Assembly: GCA_002104905.1 (NCBI GenBank)
Contig: MCFE01000520.1
Coordinates: 1-63,068, forward strand
From: Basidiobolus meristosporus CBS 931.73
Lineage: Eukaryota; Fungi; Basidiobolomycota
Reading direction: 5' to 3'
Length of the DNA: 63,068 nucleotides
Notes under the pieces: model-generated
Databases searched by the model: none
Seen by the model: only the letters and a program-made list of their open reading frames with translations
What the model was told of the DNA's origin: nothing
In this document: positions 37,918 through 50,390 of the stretch, piece after piece
Layout: the number at the start of each line of letters is the position of its first letter
Numbering within the stretch: the first letter of the stretch is position 1
Translations under genes and position numbers: made by a program

Positions 37918-38748
37918 GCATCTCTCTCACATAAGGCACTGGTGCTCCCCCAGGTGACTTGCTGGGTCTAATATATCCTTTCTGCAATAACTGATCTATG
38001 TGTCTCTTCATCACTTCAGAGTCCAATGAACCCATTCTGTAAGGTGTCTTACTCACTGGAGGGCTATCTCCTGTGTCAATGGCATGATCACATCTCTGAC
38101 TGGCAGTAGACTGGCAGGTTCATCAGGAAATACATCTGAATACTCCTTAAAAAGAGTCTGAGCATTTGGGGGAACTGTGGCTTAAGACTCTTCCTGTAAT
38201 ACCACCATCATATCTATGTACCTTTCTTAAGTGCTCTACAGAACTGTGTCTTACTAAGGCCACTTCTTTCACTCATACTAGAGTTGAGCAAGTTGAGATC
38301 CAGTTTGGCAGCTAATAGCTCATAGGTCTTGTTGTCCTTCTAGATCTGAGTAGCATGAGCTCTCCAGTTGATTGATGGATTAAAACAAAATAGACAGGTT
38401 TTCCAAGTACAAGGTCAAACTTGTAGTTCTTAAATATATATGCTTGTAGATATCAGACTTGCTCCATTGTACTGTACCAGAGTGCGTGGTGCAATCTGTG
38501 GTCATTAAGAACAATCTGGCACAATATTGTAGCTACCAGTAGGCAGGATTGCTCTTGGACAATTTTGCACCATATGGGACAATTTTGCACACTATGGCAC
38601 AATCTGACACAATGAGGTTGGCACAAATGATTGCGCCCACTTGTTATGTTTGCATCATGTGCGCAATTGGATACCACTCTTATGGTAGGTAAAATTCAAT
38701 ATTTGGATATGTTTCTTTTATGTAAATGGAATTAAATGCGTATCACAC

Positions 38749-39116
38749 TGTAACAAGTCTTGGTATAAGAGTTGTAGAGGAATAGGGAGTTTAGCTAGTA
38801 TTGTATTCACTAAAACTTGAACTGATTTTTATTGAGGTTCCAGCAGCTCCTTATATACATTTTGCCAGATCAATTGCTGACTAATTGTATTTCCTAATGT
38901 AGGTTGTGGCTGATGACTCATTTGATTGAATCATCATCACCCAATAAGATCCTACTTAATATATCTATTTCTGTCTGATAAGGATCTGCTGATTCATTTG
39001 CTGACTAATGCTACTGATTTCATAGATAATACTGATATACTGATAACCTAAACATATACTAATTGATTTGACTAAAAACTGATCTAACTTAAACATTTAA
39101 GCAGCAGATCATAACA
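38749..39116 (-). mobile_element. Solo LTR family A
   Basis: TG...CA, 368 bp, 4-bp TSD ACAC; empty site TATCACACTATAA visible in the homolog near 19153. Confidence 0.93.
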
Positions 39117-40865
39117 ACACTATAAACTACATAGATTATTACCATTTTGGTTACCATCACTCCAATTGGATGGTATCTCAGTGGCTAATTGGTCCAAAAG
39201 TATCCTGAAGCTGCCAGCCCTCAATTAGCTCTTTGACCAATACACAAGCTACCTGATTTGCCATCAAATATCCCATTTTACCCATTAAGCAAGTAAATCC
39301 CTGATCCTAGTGATTGGACAAAGTGTCATAGCTATCACATGACCAATTGTTTGGGTGCAAATCAGATCAAATGGCTGCACTGGTGCCACAGATGAAGTAT
39401 TCATATGCAGGGTGTTTATTTATAGAGGTTCTGTCTCAAATGTGAGACAACCTTGATGTTAGACTTGTTACGTCGGATAGTGCCACATTGAGCCATGAGT
39501 GCCAAACAGAGCCATTACATGCCTGAGAGGTGTAGCAGACCTAAATTTAACCACAGAGAGTGAAACATGGCTCTGCATCTTCATGCAAAGCAGCCCCTGT
39601 GTTTCACCCATTGTGTTGGAGAAAATTCATTTTTGACCTTTTTTTTTGGATCAATGTTGTGCAGGATAATCAGTCAGTTCACTAGAAGAAACTTGCTGAT
39701 GGTCAGGTGTAATGGCATGCACAGACGCACTTGATGCACTGGCATGGCCCTTGGCTGAGTTTGATGTGATGCCGCTTGTTGACGCAACTTGGCCTGCTCC
39801 AATGGACTTGTGTCTTTTTGAGCAGTTTGACAGGTTCTGGTGGTTTTGCTTGGAAGCATGTGCATTGACCCAATATGTGTTGAATCAATGTGGGGTGCTC
39901 TTGTGGAGTAGGTTGGCATAGTTTGGACTGACGTGCACCAGTGCGCTGATATTGTCAGGGATGGTAAGGAATTCAGCAAGGCATGCTGGTGCAATCTAGA
40001 CAATGTTGCTTGTAGTCTGTATTCTTCCTCTTGAAGCTCACCTTCTGGTTCCTCAAGGTATTCACTTACCCTCTATCTAATACTTTGGAATTGTTGCCTG
40101 GATGAGTACTGTGTATATTGCTCCTGGAAGCCACTTAGCTCTACTAATAAATCATGTAATACATTAGTCATTTGAGGCAAATACTCATTTAAAATCTCTT
40201 TGGTTCCCAAAGTCAAGGCACAAACGGACATATCTGGCCTGTATAGGGCAAATTGTGCGCAAAATTGTTCCCACGCAGCTTCCTCATCAAATCTCCTCAC
40301 CCTCAGCTCATTCTTGATTTCAATACTTGTCATGTTATATTTCTTCTTACATACATCTGCTGGCATCTTGATGTGCAACTCATGCAACAGCTTTCTACTC
40401 AGGTTCTTCCATCTCTGTCAACTCTCCAAGGTATCTAGTTCTGCTAGATTAATGAGTAGTGCCCAAATATCTGTATGAAGGCTCATCTGTTACAAGTCTT
40501 GGTATAAGAGTTGTAGAGGAATAGGGAGTTTAGCTAGTATTGTATTCACTAAAACTTGAACTGATTTTTATTGAGGTTCCAGCAACTCCTTATATACATT
40601 TTGCCAGATCAATTGCTGACTAATTGTATTTCCTAATGTAGGTTGTGGCTGATGGCTCATTTGATTGCATCATCATCACTCAATAAGATCCTACTTAATA
40701 TATCTATTTCTGTCTGATAAGGATCTGCTGATTCATTTGCTGACTAATGCTACTGATTTCATAGATAATACTGATATACTGATAACCTAAACATATACTA
40801 ATTGATTTGACTAAAAACTGATCTAACTTAAGCATTCAAGCGGCAGATCATAACATTCTCCCCTA

Positions 40866-43800
40866 CTAAGGTTGAGAGGGTTCTCCTGAATCTCTTTTCT
40901 TGTGATACCAATATCTTGATGGTTCAGTATTGTCAGCAAGTCTTGCAAGCTTGAGTCTGTCCCTATGCACTAAGTCTTCCCGGATATTACCTTGTTTGTC
41001 CACCAGTTGGTAAGTTGCAAATGGACATTCTCTGATGATCTTGAATGGTCCTGTCCATTGTGGCTCAAACTTCTTCCAAGTGTTGTTTCTTAGCAATACA
41101 AAGTTCCCAACTGTCAATGCTTCTGGTGCTATAGTCTTATCAAATCTCTGCTTCATCTTTTCTGCACTTTGAGATACTTTGGTCTGTGCCTCTTGACATC
41201 TTTGTTCCAGTTGCTGGTGTCTACTTGGCTGACTGAGTTCATCTTCTAAGGTGTCTGTAAGCTTTGGTTGTGCGAGATCTCCTGGAATTCTTGGTTCACA
41301 TCCATAAACTAAGTAAAATGGTGATTGCTGGGTGGTGTTGTGTACTCTACTCTGCATGCAAATAGTGCTTGGTCTATATACTCATCCCATCTACTGACAA
41401 CTCCATTTGCATACTTGGTCAGCATTTCTCCAAATAATCCATTAAACCGCTCAGTGACTCCATTAGTTCTGGGGTGATATGCCAAGGTTTTCAAGTGTCT
41501 GATCTGCTGCATTTCCAGGTAAGCCTCTAATGTCTTTGCCATAAAGTTTGCACCTCTATTGGATAAGATCTCCACAGGGCATCCAAACTTCATCAGGATC
41601 TCATGGTAAATGAAACTTGCAACTTCTTGTTCACTGGCTATTGGTACAGCTTTAGCAACTGGCCATTTAGTGGCATGGTCAATAGCTACTTGGATCCAAC
41701 GGTTGCATTTCCTGGTAGTTGGCAGTCTTCCAATAAAGTCAATTCCCCATCTCTCAAATGGTCTTACAGGCTCCAAAGGGAAGAGTTTGGCAATTCTTTG
41801 TGGCTGGCCTTGATTGATTTGGCAGTTTGGGCATGTTTTTACTAGCTTCTCCATGTCTTGTTTCATTCTGGGCCACCATGCTCTGGCTTTTACAAGGCTA
41901 TAGGTTCCTTCAATCCCAAGATTTTCATATCCATTGTGTAGCTTATGTATTAAATCCAGGCAAGCAACATAAGGAAAATAGGCAATAGGGCTTCCATCAA
42001 CAATTTGGTAGAGTGTTTCATTCTGTACAACAAATTTGCTGGCTTCATCACGGATTATCTTCTTGATATCTTCATCCACCTCATTAGGAATGGCTTGGTC
42101 CTCCAAGTACTTTGGTAATAGGCTAGGCCAATCTGATTCATGCACCAAGTTGAGTTGTGCAACTTGATCTAATCTTGATAAGGCATCAGCGACCGTGTTA
42201 TTTTTTCCAGGACAGTAGACAATCTCCAGGTCAAATTGCTGAATGTATTCACTCCATCTTGTCATTCTTCTAGAGAGTACCTTCTGGGTAAATATATACT
42301 TGAGGGAGGCATGATCAGTCTTCACAGTGCATTTGACTCCTTCAATATAGCATCTCCATGTCTTCAAACAGTGTATTATAGCAAGCATCTCCTTCTCATG
42401 GACTGGATAGTTTTGTTCTGCTGAGTTCAGTTTCTTGGATTCAAAGGCAACAGGGTAGTCCTTTCCCTTGTATTCTTGGCTCAGCACTCCACCAATTGCA
42501 TAATCTGAAGCATCAGTGCACAGAGTGAACTCTTTTCTGAAGTCTGGTATTCTCAAGCTTGGCAACTTAGCAAGTTCATTCTTTAGCATCTGGAAGGCAG
42601 TCTCACAAGCTATGTCCCACATGTAGGTATTGTCTTTCTTGAGGATATCAGTTACAGGGGCTGCAATACTTGCAAATAACTTGACAAATCTCCAATAATA
42701 GGAAACCATTCCAAGGAAGGATCTGAGTTCTGATATGCTATGGGGCTGCTTTAAATTCTTGATTACTTCCACCTTCTTGGGGTCTAAGGTTACTCCTGTG
42801 CTAGTCACTATGTGTCCCAGATATTCTACGTGTTTCTTGAAGAATTCACACTTGGCTAGCTTGCCATATAGCTTGTTTTCTCTTAGTTTCTTCAAGACCT
42901 TTTCAATGTGCACCATGTGATCCTTTTCTGTCTTGCTGTATATCAATATGTCATCCAGGTAGATTATCACAAACTTGTCTAAGTACTCCTGAAAGACAGT
43001 CTGCATCAGCGTCATGAATGTTGCAGGGGCATTAGTGAGGCCAAAACTCATGACTAAGTACTTGTAATGTTCATATCTGGTCCTGAATGCTGTCTTAGGG
43101 ATATCTGCTGGTTTCACCCTAATCTGGTTGTATCCTGACATGAGGTCAATCTTGCTGAAAATAGTGGCTCCATTAAGTTGGTCCAAACGCTCATCAATCT
43201 AAGGTATGGGGTACTTATTCTTGACGGTAACTGAGTTCAGGGCTCTGTAGTCAATGCACATCCTAAGTGTTCCATCCTTCTTTTTCACAAAAAGCACTGG
43301 TGCTCCCCAAGGTGACTTGCTGGGCCTGATGTATCCTTGCTCCAATAGCTGATCAATTTGTCTCTTCATTTCCTCCAATTCCAATGGACTCATTCTGTAA
43401 GGTGTCTTGCTCACTGGAGGGCTATCTCCTGTGTCAATGGCATGATCCACATCTCTGACTGGTGGTAGGCTTACAAGCTCATCTGGAAACACGTCTGAAT
43501 ATTTCTTCAAGAGAGTCTGGACCTGCTGGGGTGCTGAGGTAGAGGAATCCTCCTGTAATACTGCCATGAGGAACATCTTGGTGCCTTTTCTAAGTGCTCT
43601 ACAGAACTGGGTCTTGCTAAGTTCACTTGTCTCACACACACTGGAATTGACCAAGTTGAAATCCAGTATGGCAGGTAATAGCTCATAGGTCTTGTTGTCT
43701 TTTTGAATCTGAGTAGCATGGGTTCTCCAGTTGATTGATGGATTACAACAAAATAGCCAGGTTTTTCCAAGTACAAGGTCAAACTTGCAGTTCCCAAATA

Positions 43801-46072
43801 TATAAGCCTGTAGGTCTTCTTCATAGTTGTTGATCTTCATTCTTATTGGCTGGGTAATACGGTTGATTATGTGGGAGTTCCCATCAGCTGTGGAAACTGA
43901 AGTTGATTTGGTAGGTTCCAAGTTGATTCCAGCTTTCAAAGCAAATTGCTCTGACATGTACTCATGCGATGCTCCTGAGTCAATCATGATCTTGGCAGGT
44001 ACTCCATTGATTACTCCATTCAAGTACAATAACTTCCCTGAGTTTGAAGTCATTTGGGACAAGTACTCTTCTGTCATATGGAAGGTGAGTTCCAAGTCTT
44101 CTTCAAGCTCATCTTCCACATTACTGTGTTCATGGGACTCAATATGGTTGAAGGTTCTTGTTGGCTGGTGTCCATTTCTTCTCTGAGGGCAGTACTTTGC
44201 AATATGTCCCTGCTGGTGGCAATTGAAGCAAAGTCCTCTCTTCTTGCATTCTTCTGAGGAGGGATTCTTCTGCATAGCGTCTATTTCCATTAGTACTGCT
44301 GCTGATTGTCTTCTTTCATAATGATTATAGCCTTTCTGATTAGTCACTGTAGGCTTCCCAACTCCAAACATAGCTGAGTCATAGTCAATGGCAATCTTGA
44401 TGGCTTCTTCAATAGTCTGAGGTCTTTGGTAATTGACTTCCTTGCAAGTTCTTTCTTTCAACCCATCAATAAAGTATTCAACTTGATCCAAGGGGTCCAT
44501 TCTTTCAATTTGTCCAAGTAGACATCTGTACTCATAGATGTATTCTTGCACCATTCCTTTCTGTCCAAGTGTCTTTAACTTCCTTCTTAGTAGTGTCTGC
44601 TGGTGTGGAGGTTCAAAAGCATCCTGAATTTCCGACACAAACTCATCCCAGGTAGAGATTGTAGAGCATCCCATCATAGTAGCTGACCTGATCTTGTTGT
44701 GGTACCATTGTAAAGCTGCATCTGCCAGGTAAGAAGCTGCATAATGCAACTTGCTCTCTGGGGCAATTCCTTTAGCTTTAAAAGCTTCTTCAATCTGAAA
44801 GAGCCAAGTTCCCAGGTTTTCATTGACTCTGCCATGGTACCGGTGTAGTGGGATGACAGTGACACCCACTGACAGATGTGCTCATTCCCTTATTTTCTAC
44901 TTTCCTATATCTCTACTACACTTATTTTAGTATTATCCTATTTGTCTTACCCAATCAGTACTATCCCATAAGCCGGTTGACTATCACACCTGCTTACCTT
45001 ATTGCATAAGTTACCCCTCACTTTATGTAAGATTACTAGCTATAAGTGCTTCTATATTAGGCAAGTACCCGCGCCAGTACCCGTGACACATGATCAACCC
45101 GTGCCACCATCCCTACCATTTCCATACCATATATGGTATCCGCATGTTACACAGGTTTCAGAATACTGATTCCTGATTAGTTGTATGTGCTGTGCCTCTT
45201 AGAACCTTCTGGCACCCACTTAGAACATTCTTAGGTCATTCTGATGTCATTAAGATTTCTATTGATATCTGGAACCTTCTGGAACACCATGATTAGTAAT
45301 CACTTAGCCAGTAAGAAAAGTATATAAGGGAGGCTATCCCTCAACAATAAATCATCATCCCTTTTATCAATATACCGACTTGTTGATTAGTGTGATCACT
45401 GCTACCTGCTGCTACCTGAACTTCCAACCCTAGACCACAGGACACTCCCAGGAAACCGCGCTGACAGCCAACTGACCTTGGAGGCACTACTTGTGAGGAA
45501 TACTCAGAGTAGGTATCTTTTATTATATTTGATTCTTTCCAAAGTTTGTTCTTGTACAGGCAAAGATACTTTTCTGTCTTTGTACTATTGACCAAAGCTG
45601 CATTCTTATCAAGTCCCTGCTGGTGGAGTTTACAGTTGTTTTGACTTTGGAAGCTTTAGTACATTGTCATCTCAAAGGACGCTGAACCCAGCACATACTT
45701 TTGTTAAGACGCCAACTAAGTTGGGGATTGTAGCTCAATAGTTTTCCCTTGACAAGCTTGTGGCTTTATTCTCCTTCACATTGGATTAGAGACAGAACCC
45801 AAGTATTCCTAGCAAGCTTTTGCCAGAGGTTATTGCACCCAGTGAACACCCCACACACAAAACACTTGAGAAGTGTTGGACGTATCTCTCCTTTGGACTT
45901 ATACACCACCACACCGGTTGACCTTCACACTAAAGTTGCTCTTGACAGGGCTTTGCTGGCTCTGAGCCATGTTAGTCATTCCTTGTTGCTGTTGGCTGAG
46001 GATCTGGAGTAGCTGTTGCTGTTGGGCCAGGATTTGCTGCATGGCATTCTTCCATTCTTGATTGTCCGACAT
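40866..46072 (-). pseudogene. gag-pol of family A (gag-CCHC-PR-RT-RH-IN with GPF tail, no chromodomain)
   Basis: [45 protein letters not shown]; disabled by the LTR B insertion, TAG at 43199-43201 and a 5-bp duplication near 41345. Confidence 0.93.
44844..45913 (+). mobile_element. Solo LTR family B (1070 bp) inserted in family A gag
   Basis: TGTAGTGG...CCACCACA ends, 4-bp TSD CCGG; empty site visible in the copy near 60260. Confidence 0.93.
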
Positions 46073-47240
46073 CTTGAGGGTGGTTTCTTCTTTCTTCAGG
46101 AGAGAGGTTTCTGGTTATTGCTGCTACCAATGTTACAAGTCTTGGTATAAGAGTTGTAGAGGAATAGGGAGTTTAGCTAGTATTGTATTCACTAAAACTT
46201 GCTGATTTTTATTGAGGTTCCAGCAGCTCCTTATATACATTTTGCCAGATCAATTGCTGACTAATTGTATTTCCTAATGTAGGTTGTGGCTGATGGCTCA
46301 TTTGATTGCATCATCATCACCCAATAAGATCCTACTTAATATATCTATTTCTGTCTGATAAGGATCTGCTGATTCATTTGCTGACTAATGCTACTGATTT
46401 CATAGATAATACTGATATACTGATAACCTAAACATATACTAATTGATTTGACTAAAAACTGATCTAACTTAAGCATTCAAGCGGCAGATCATAACACATC
46501 ATAGACACTTGGGCCATACTGAAATTGTTTGGCAAGAACTTAAACAGATTCAACATTGCCTTTTCTGGTCCAGACCATGCTTGTGAGCTGGGGGATGGGT
46601 TTTGTCTTGGTTGAACAAAAGAAGAGTTGATACTTGGTATAGGGACCATAGTGATGGATTTGGATACTGATACAGCCGTTTAGTGGCATCAACCTGGTCT
46701 TATATGAAATATATATGAAAACTAATGTGATTGTTGAATTTTCCATATATTATGCATGATCCATCTTGGATTGCATTTACACGGATAAGATCACATCAAA
46801 TGCAGATTTCCTATTTGATTATAGATTTGTGAGTAAAACATCAACAAAAATACCCAGTCATTGTTTGGAGATGATTTTGGCAACAAAATGATGGGATACA
46901 TGGCAATTGATGGAGATTTAATCATAATGCATGGAAAATCAAATAAATAAACTGATTATGCCAAAACCAGTCAAATCACCTCTGCCCAATCCTCTACCAA
47001 TTTTAATATGACTTACTCATCCAAATGGTCTTCTCTCATCAATCCCATCACTACCACTGGATTTCCTTTTGACACACTAGAGGAGATCTATACTAAGCCT
47101 GTGGTCCAGCTACCCAAATCTACTCAAGGAGATGCCTTATTAAGCTTCTCTGCTATTACAAGAACTATTGCCCCACAAGGTTTCATCACACCATCCATGC
47201 CAACAAAAGTCCTAGAAGCTTTCATTCCCAGCTCACAGCA

Positions 47241-47890
47241 ATGGAGAACCACCTTGCAGAGGGTATGAATGACTTAGAGCAAGCTTGGAATACTAGGTTC
47301 AGAAGCTCCAATAGACTTCCATATCCCAGAGTGTTCAGCAGCAGGTTCCATATCAGGAGTATTTTGGATACCTTCCCAGTGAGGATTAACAGACCTTCTA
47401 GAGGGCAGAGGCACTTTTATTCTGTCAAGTACAAGGCACACTGAGTGAAGTTTCAAGGACTGTCTGACATTAAGGGTAAAATCATCAGGTTTAGTGGGCC
47501 ATTTGCTGGAAGTAGCCATGACAAAGCGCTGTGGGTAGAGAATCATCCATAATTCAATAAAGGGGAGGAATGTATGGCAGATTAGCTTATATAGGAGAGG
47601 ATTGCCAGAGATTAGGATATATTACAGCTTATAGGAAGCAAAGTAGTGGTGTGCCTAGCAGGAAACAGCAGCTCTACAATGAGATATTAAATCATTTCAG
47701 AGTGAGGGTAGAGCAAACATTTGGATATCTGAAGAGATTCAGCATATTGGCAGGTAAATACAGAGCAAATTCATATATAGGAGAAAACAGCAGAATAAGT
47801 ATAATAGTTAAGATACTTATCAATGCACAGTATATTCAAACCAGTAGATATCCACTGAGAGAAATGTGTCTGGAGCATCATGAAGAGTAA
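47241..47890 (+). pseudogene. PIF/Harbinger (DDE_Tnp_4-type) transposase catalytic region
   Basis: ILDTFPVRINRP..FYSVKYKAH*VKFQ..SGPFAGSSHD..MADLAYIG..FRVRVEQTFGYLKRFSIL. Confidence 0.8.
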
Positions 47891-50390
47891 ATAAAGCAAG
47901 GAAAGCACTAATCTGAGCAACACAAGTAAGATTGAGTAAAATTACCAGTAACTGTATCCTACCACTAGCATTATGGTTGAAATTATAGTGCCAGATAGTG
48001 CTAGATCAATCTGGCACTATCCAACAGAACAGGTATATTCTTCCCAGTCATTAATCTTCAATCTTAATAGTGGAATAGTATGGTTTATGATGTGTGAGCT
48101 CCCATCAGCTGTTGAAACTATTGTTGATATGGTGGGTTCCAAGTTAATTCCAGCTTTTAAGGCAACTTACTCTCACACGTACTCACGTGATACTCCAAAG
48201 TCAATCATGATCTTGGCAGGTGCTCTGTTGATTGCCCCATTCAAATATAATAGCTTCCCTGAGTTTCAGGTCATTTGGGACAGGTATTCTTCAATCATAT
48301 TGCAAGTTAAACTGAGTCTTGTTCAAGCCCATCTTCCATGTTACTATGCTCAAGGGCTTTGATATGATTGAAGGTTCTTGTTGACTGGTGTCCATTTCTT
48401 CTCTGATGGCAGTGTTTTGCAATATGTCCTTGCTGGAGGTAATTAAAGCATGGTCCTTTCTTCTTGCATTCTTCTGGGGTGCGATTCTTCTGCATAGCAT
48501 CTATTTCCATTGGTACTGCTTCTGATTGGCATCTTTCATAGTAACTATAGCCCCACTGATTAGTCATTGTGGGCTTCCCAACTCCAACATAGCTGAGTCA
48601 TAATCAATAGCAATCTTGATGACTTCTTCAATTGTCTGAGGTCTTCAATAATTCACTTCCTTGCAAGTTCTTTCCTTCAACCCATCAGCAGAATTTTCAG
48701 CTTGATTCAGATGGTTCATTCTTTCAATCTATCCCACTACACATCTCTAAACAAAGATGTATTCTTGAGCCATTCCTCTGTGTCTGAGTGTCTTCAGCTT
48801 CCTTCTTAGTGATGTCTATGGGTGGGGAGGTTCAGAGGCAATTTGAATTTCCAACACAAACCTATCCCAGGTAGAGATAGCAGAGCATCCCATGATAGAG
48901 GCTGACCTTATCTTGTTGTGACACAACTGTAAAGCTGCATCTGCAGGTCAGAGGCTACATAGTGTAACCTGCTCTCTGGGGCAATTCCATCTGAAATAGC
49001 CAATTTCCCAGGTATTCATTGATTCTACCATAGTACCAGTTGACCTTCACACTAAGGATATTCTTTACAGGGCTTTGCTGGTTCTAGGCCATGGTAGTCA
49101 ATTCTTGGTGCCACTGGCTGAGAATGTGGAGTAACTGTTGCCAATGGGCCAGGATTTGCCATATATCATTTTTCATTCATGATTTTGTGACATTGTGAAG
49201 GAGGCTTCTTCTTTCTGCAGGAGGGAGGTTTCTGGTTGTTACTGCCACCAAATTGTAGAGGAATAGGGAGTTGAGCTAGTCTTGTATTTGCCAAAACCTG
49301 AACTCCTTTTTATTGAGGTTTCAGCAGCTCCTTTCATATATTGAGGCAGATTATTTGCTGACTTACTGTATCTCCTGATGTAAGTTGTGGCTGATGACTC
49401 ATATGACTGCATTATCATCGCCCAATTGGAGCCTGCTAAATATATTTATTTTTGTCTGATAAGGATCTGCTGATTTTTGTGCTGACTAATACTACTGAAT
49501 TGATAGATAACAGTGATATACAGATATGCTCATCATAAAAATGATTGATTTGACTGAAAACTGATCTGACTTAAACATTCATGAGGTAGATCATAACACA
49601 CCAATATCTTAACTGGTAATGGAGTAAACCAAACATTTGACAACTTTGGCGTATTGCCTTAGGACTAATGAAGTCAATGAGTGGTTGAATAGAGAATTTG
49701 GAAATCTCTGGTGAGGTAGGCAAATGGAACTTTCAGTATATGGTATGAGTACATAGACCGTTTGGTTTTGGAAAGCTGAACTGGTTCTGTTAGGTAAAGT
49801 CACATTGCCAAATTGAGTCATGAATGCTAAATAATGCCACAGTATGCCACAGAAACATTGCAGACCTATACTTGGCCACAGAGGGTACACATATTCTTAC
49901 ATCATCATGCCTAGAAGCCCTGGTGTCTCATCCATTGAGCTGGAGAAAGTCCAATTTTTGACCTTTTTTTGAGACCAAGGTACAGACCTATGCAGCTTGG
50001 TTCAGAGTGCAGCAGGAACTGAACACTAAACTTATGACGCCAGCCCTTATGCACTTTTACACATCATATTTAACTTTAATCACTAAAACAGATCAGCAAT
50101 TGGACTTTCTCTAGCACTGAGGGAAAAACACCAAGTTGCTATGCATGAAAATGCAAAACAATGTTTCACACTCTGTGGCCTAATACTAGTCTGATAGGTG
50201 CACCAGCATAAAGATATACATACCCAGTGGCAGAGTGTCTGTTAATCAGATCCCTGCCCCAATCTGAATCACTTTAACTAACAGAATTTTGCCTATAAGC
50301 TGCTCCAGAGTAGTCCATTACCATATTTTTGGTACCTGGTAGATATCCCAAAATGCACTTAACTGCTGCAACTTGATCTGATCCATAATT

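Larger units (their letters stand above)
40488..46496 (-). mobile_element. Full-length young Ty3/Gypsy family A element
   Basis: LTRs 40488-40855 and 46131-46496 differ at about 3 sites; TSD CATC; PBS TGGTAGCAGC (46129-46120); PPT at 40856-40871; single gag-pol frame. Confidence 0.97.
40073..46650 (-). pseudogene. Myb/SANT-like accessory gene of the Harbinger element, split by the Gypsy insertion (46650-46497 and 40487-40073)
   Basis: Removing the insertion gives AWSGPEKAMLNLFKFLPNNFSMAQVSMMSLHTDIWALLINLAELDTLES*QRWKNLSRKL, a W...W...RWKNL Myb-like pattern. Confidence 0.55.
38454..48035. mobile_element. PIF/Harbinger-like composite DNA transposon carrying nested retroelements
   Basis: TIR-like ends at 38454 and 39460-39486 versus 48011-48035; DDE_Tnp_4-type transposase plus Myb/SANT-like ORF; apparent TA/TAT duplication. 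Confidence 0.65.
37918..49598 (-). mobile_element. Old Ty3/Gypsy family A copy split by the 38454-48035 insertion (pieces 37918-38453 and 48036-49598; 5' LTR ~49252-49598)
   Basis: Protease region breaks at TGTAGATA(T) and resumes at TATTCTTCC; gag and degenerate LTR follow. Confidence 0.75.

Noticed and set aside
43199-43201. TAG between protease/RT start and RT as programmed readthrough
   Set aside because: The sister copy has TGG at the same codon and the conserved residue is Arg, so this is mutation
49600-50390. Possible non-autonomous Harbinger derivative (patches similar to 39530-39650 in both orientations)
   Set aside because: No TIR pair or TSD found; similarity is short and degraded
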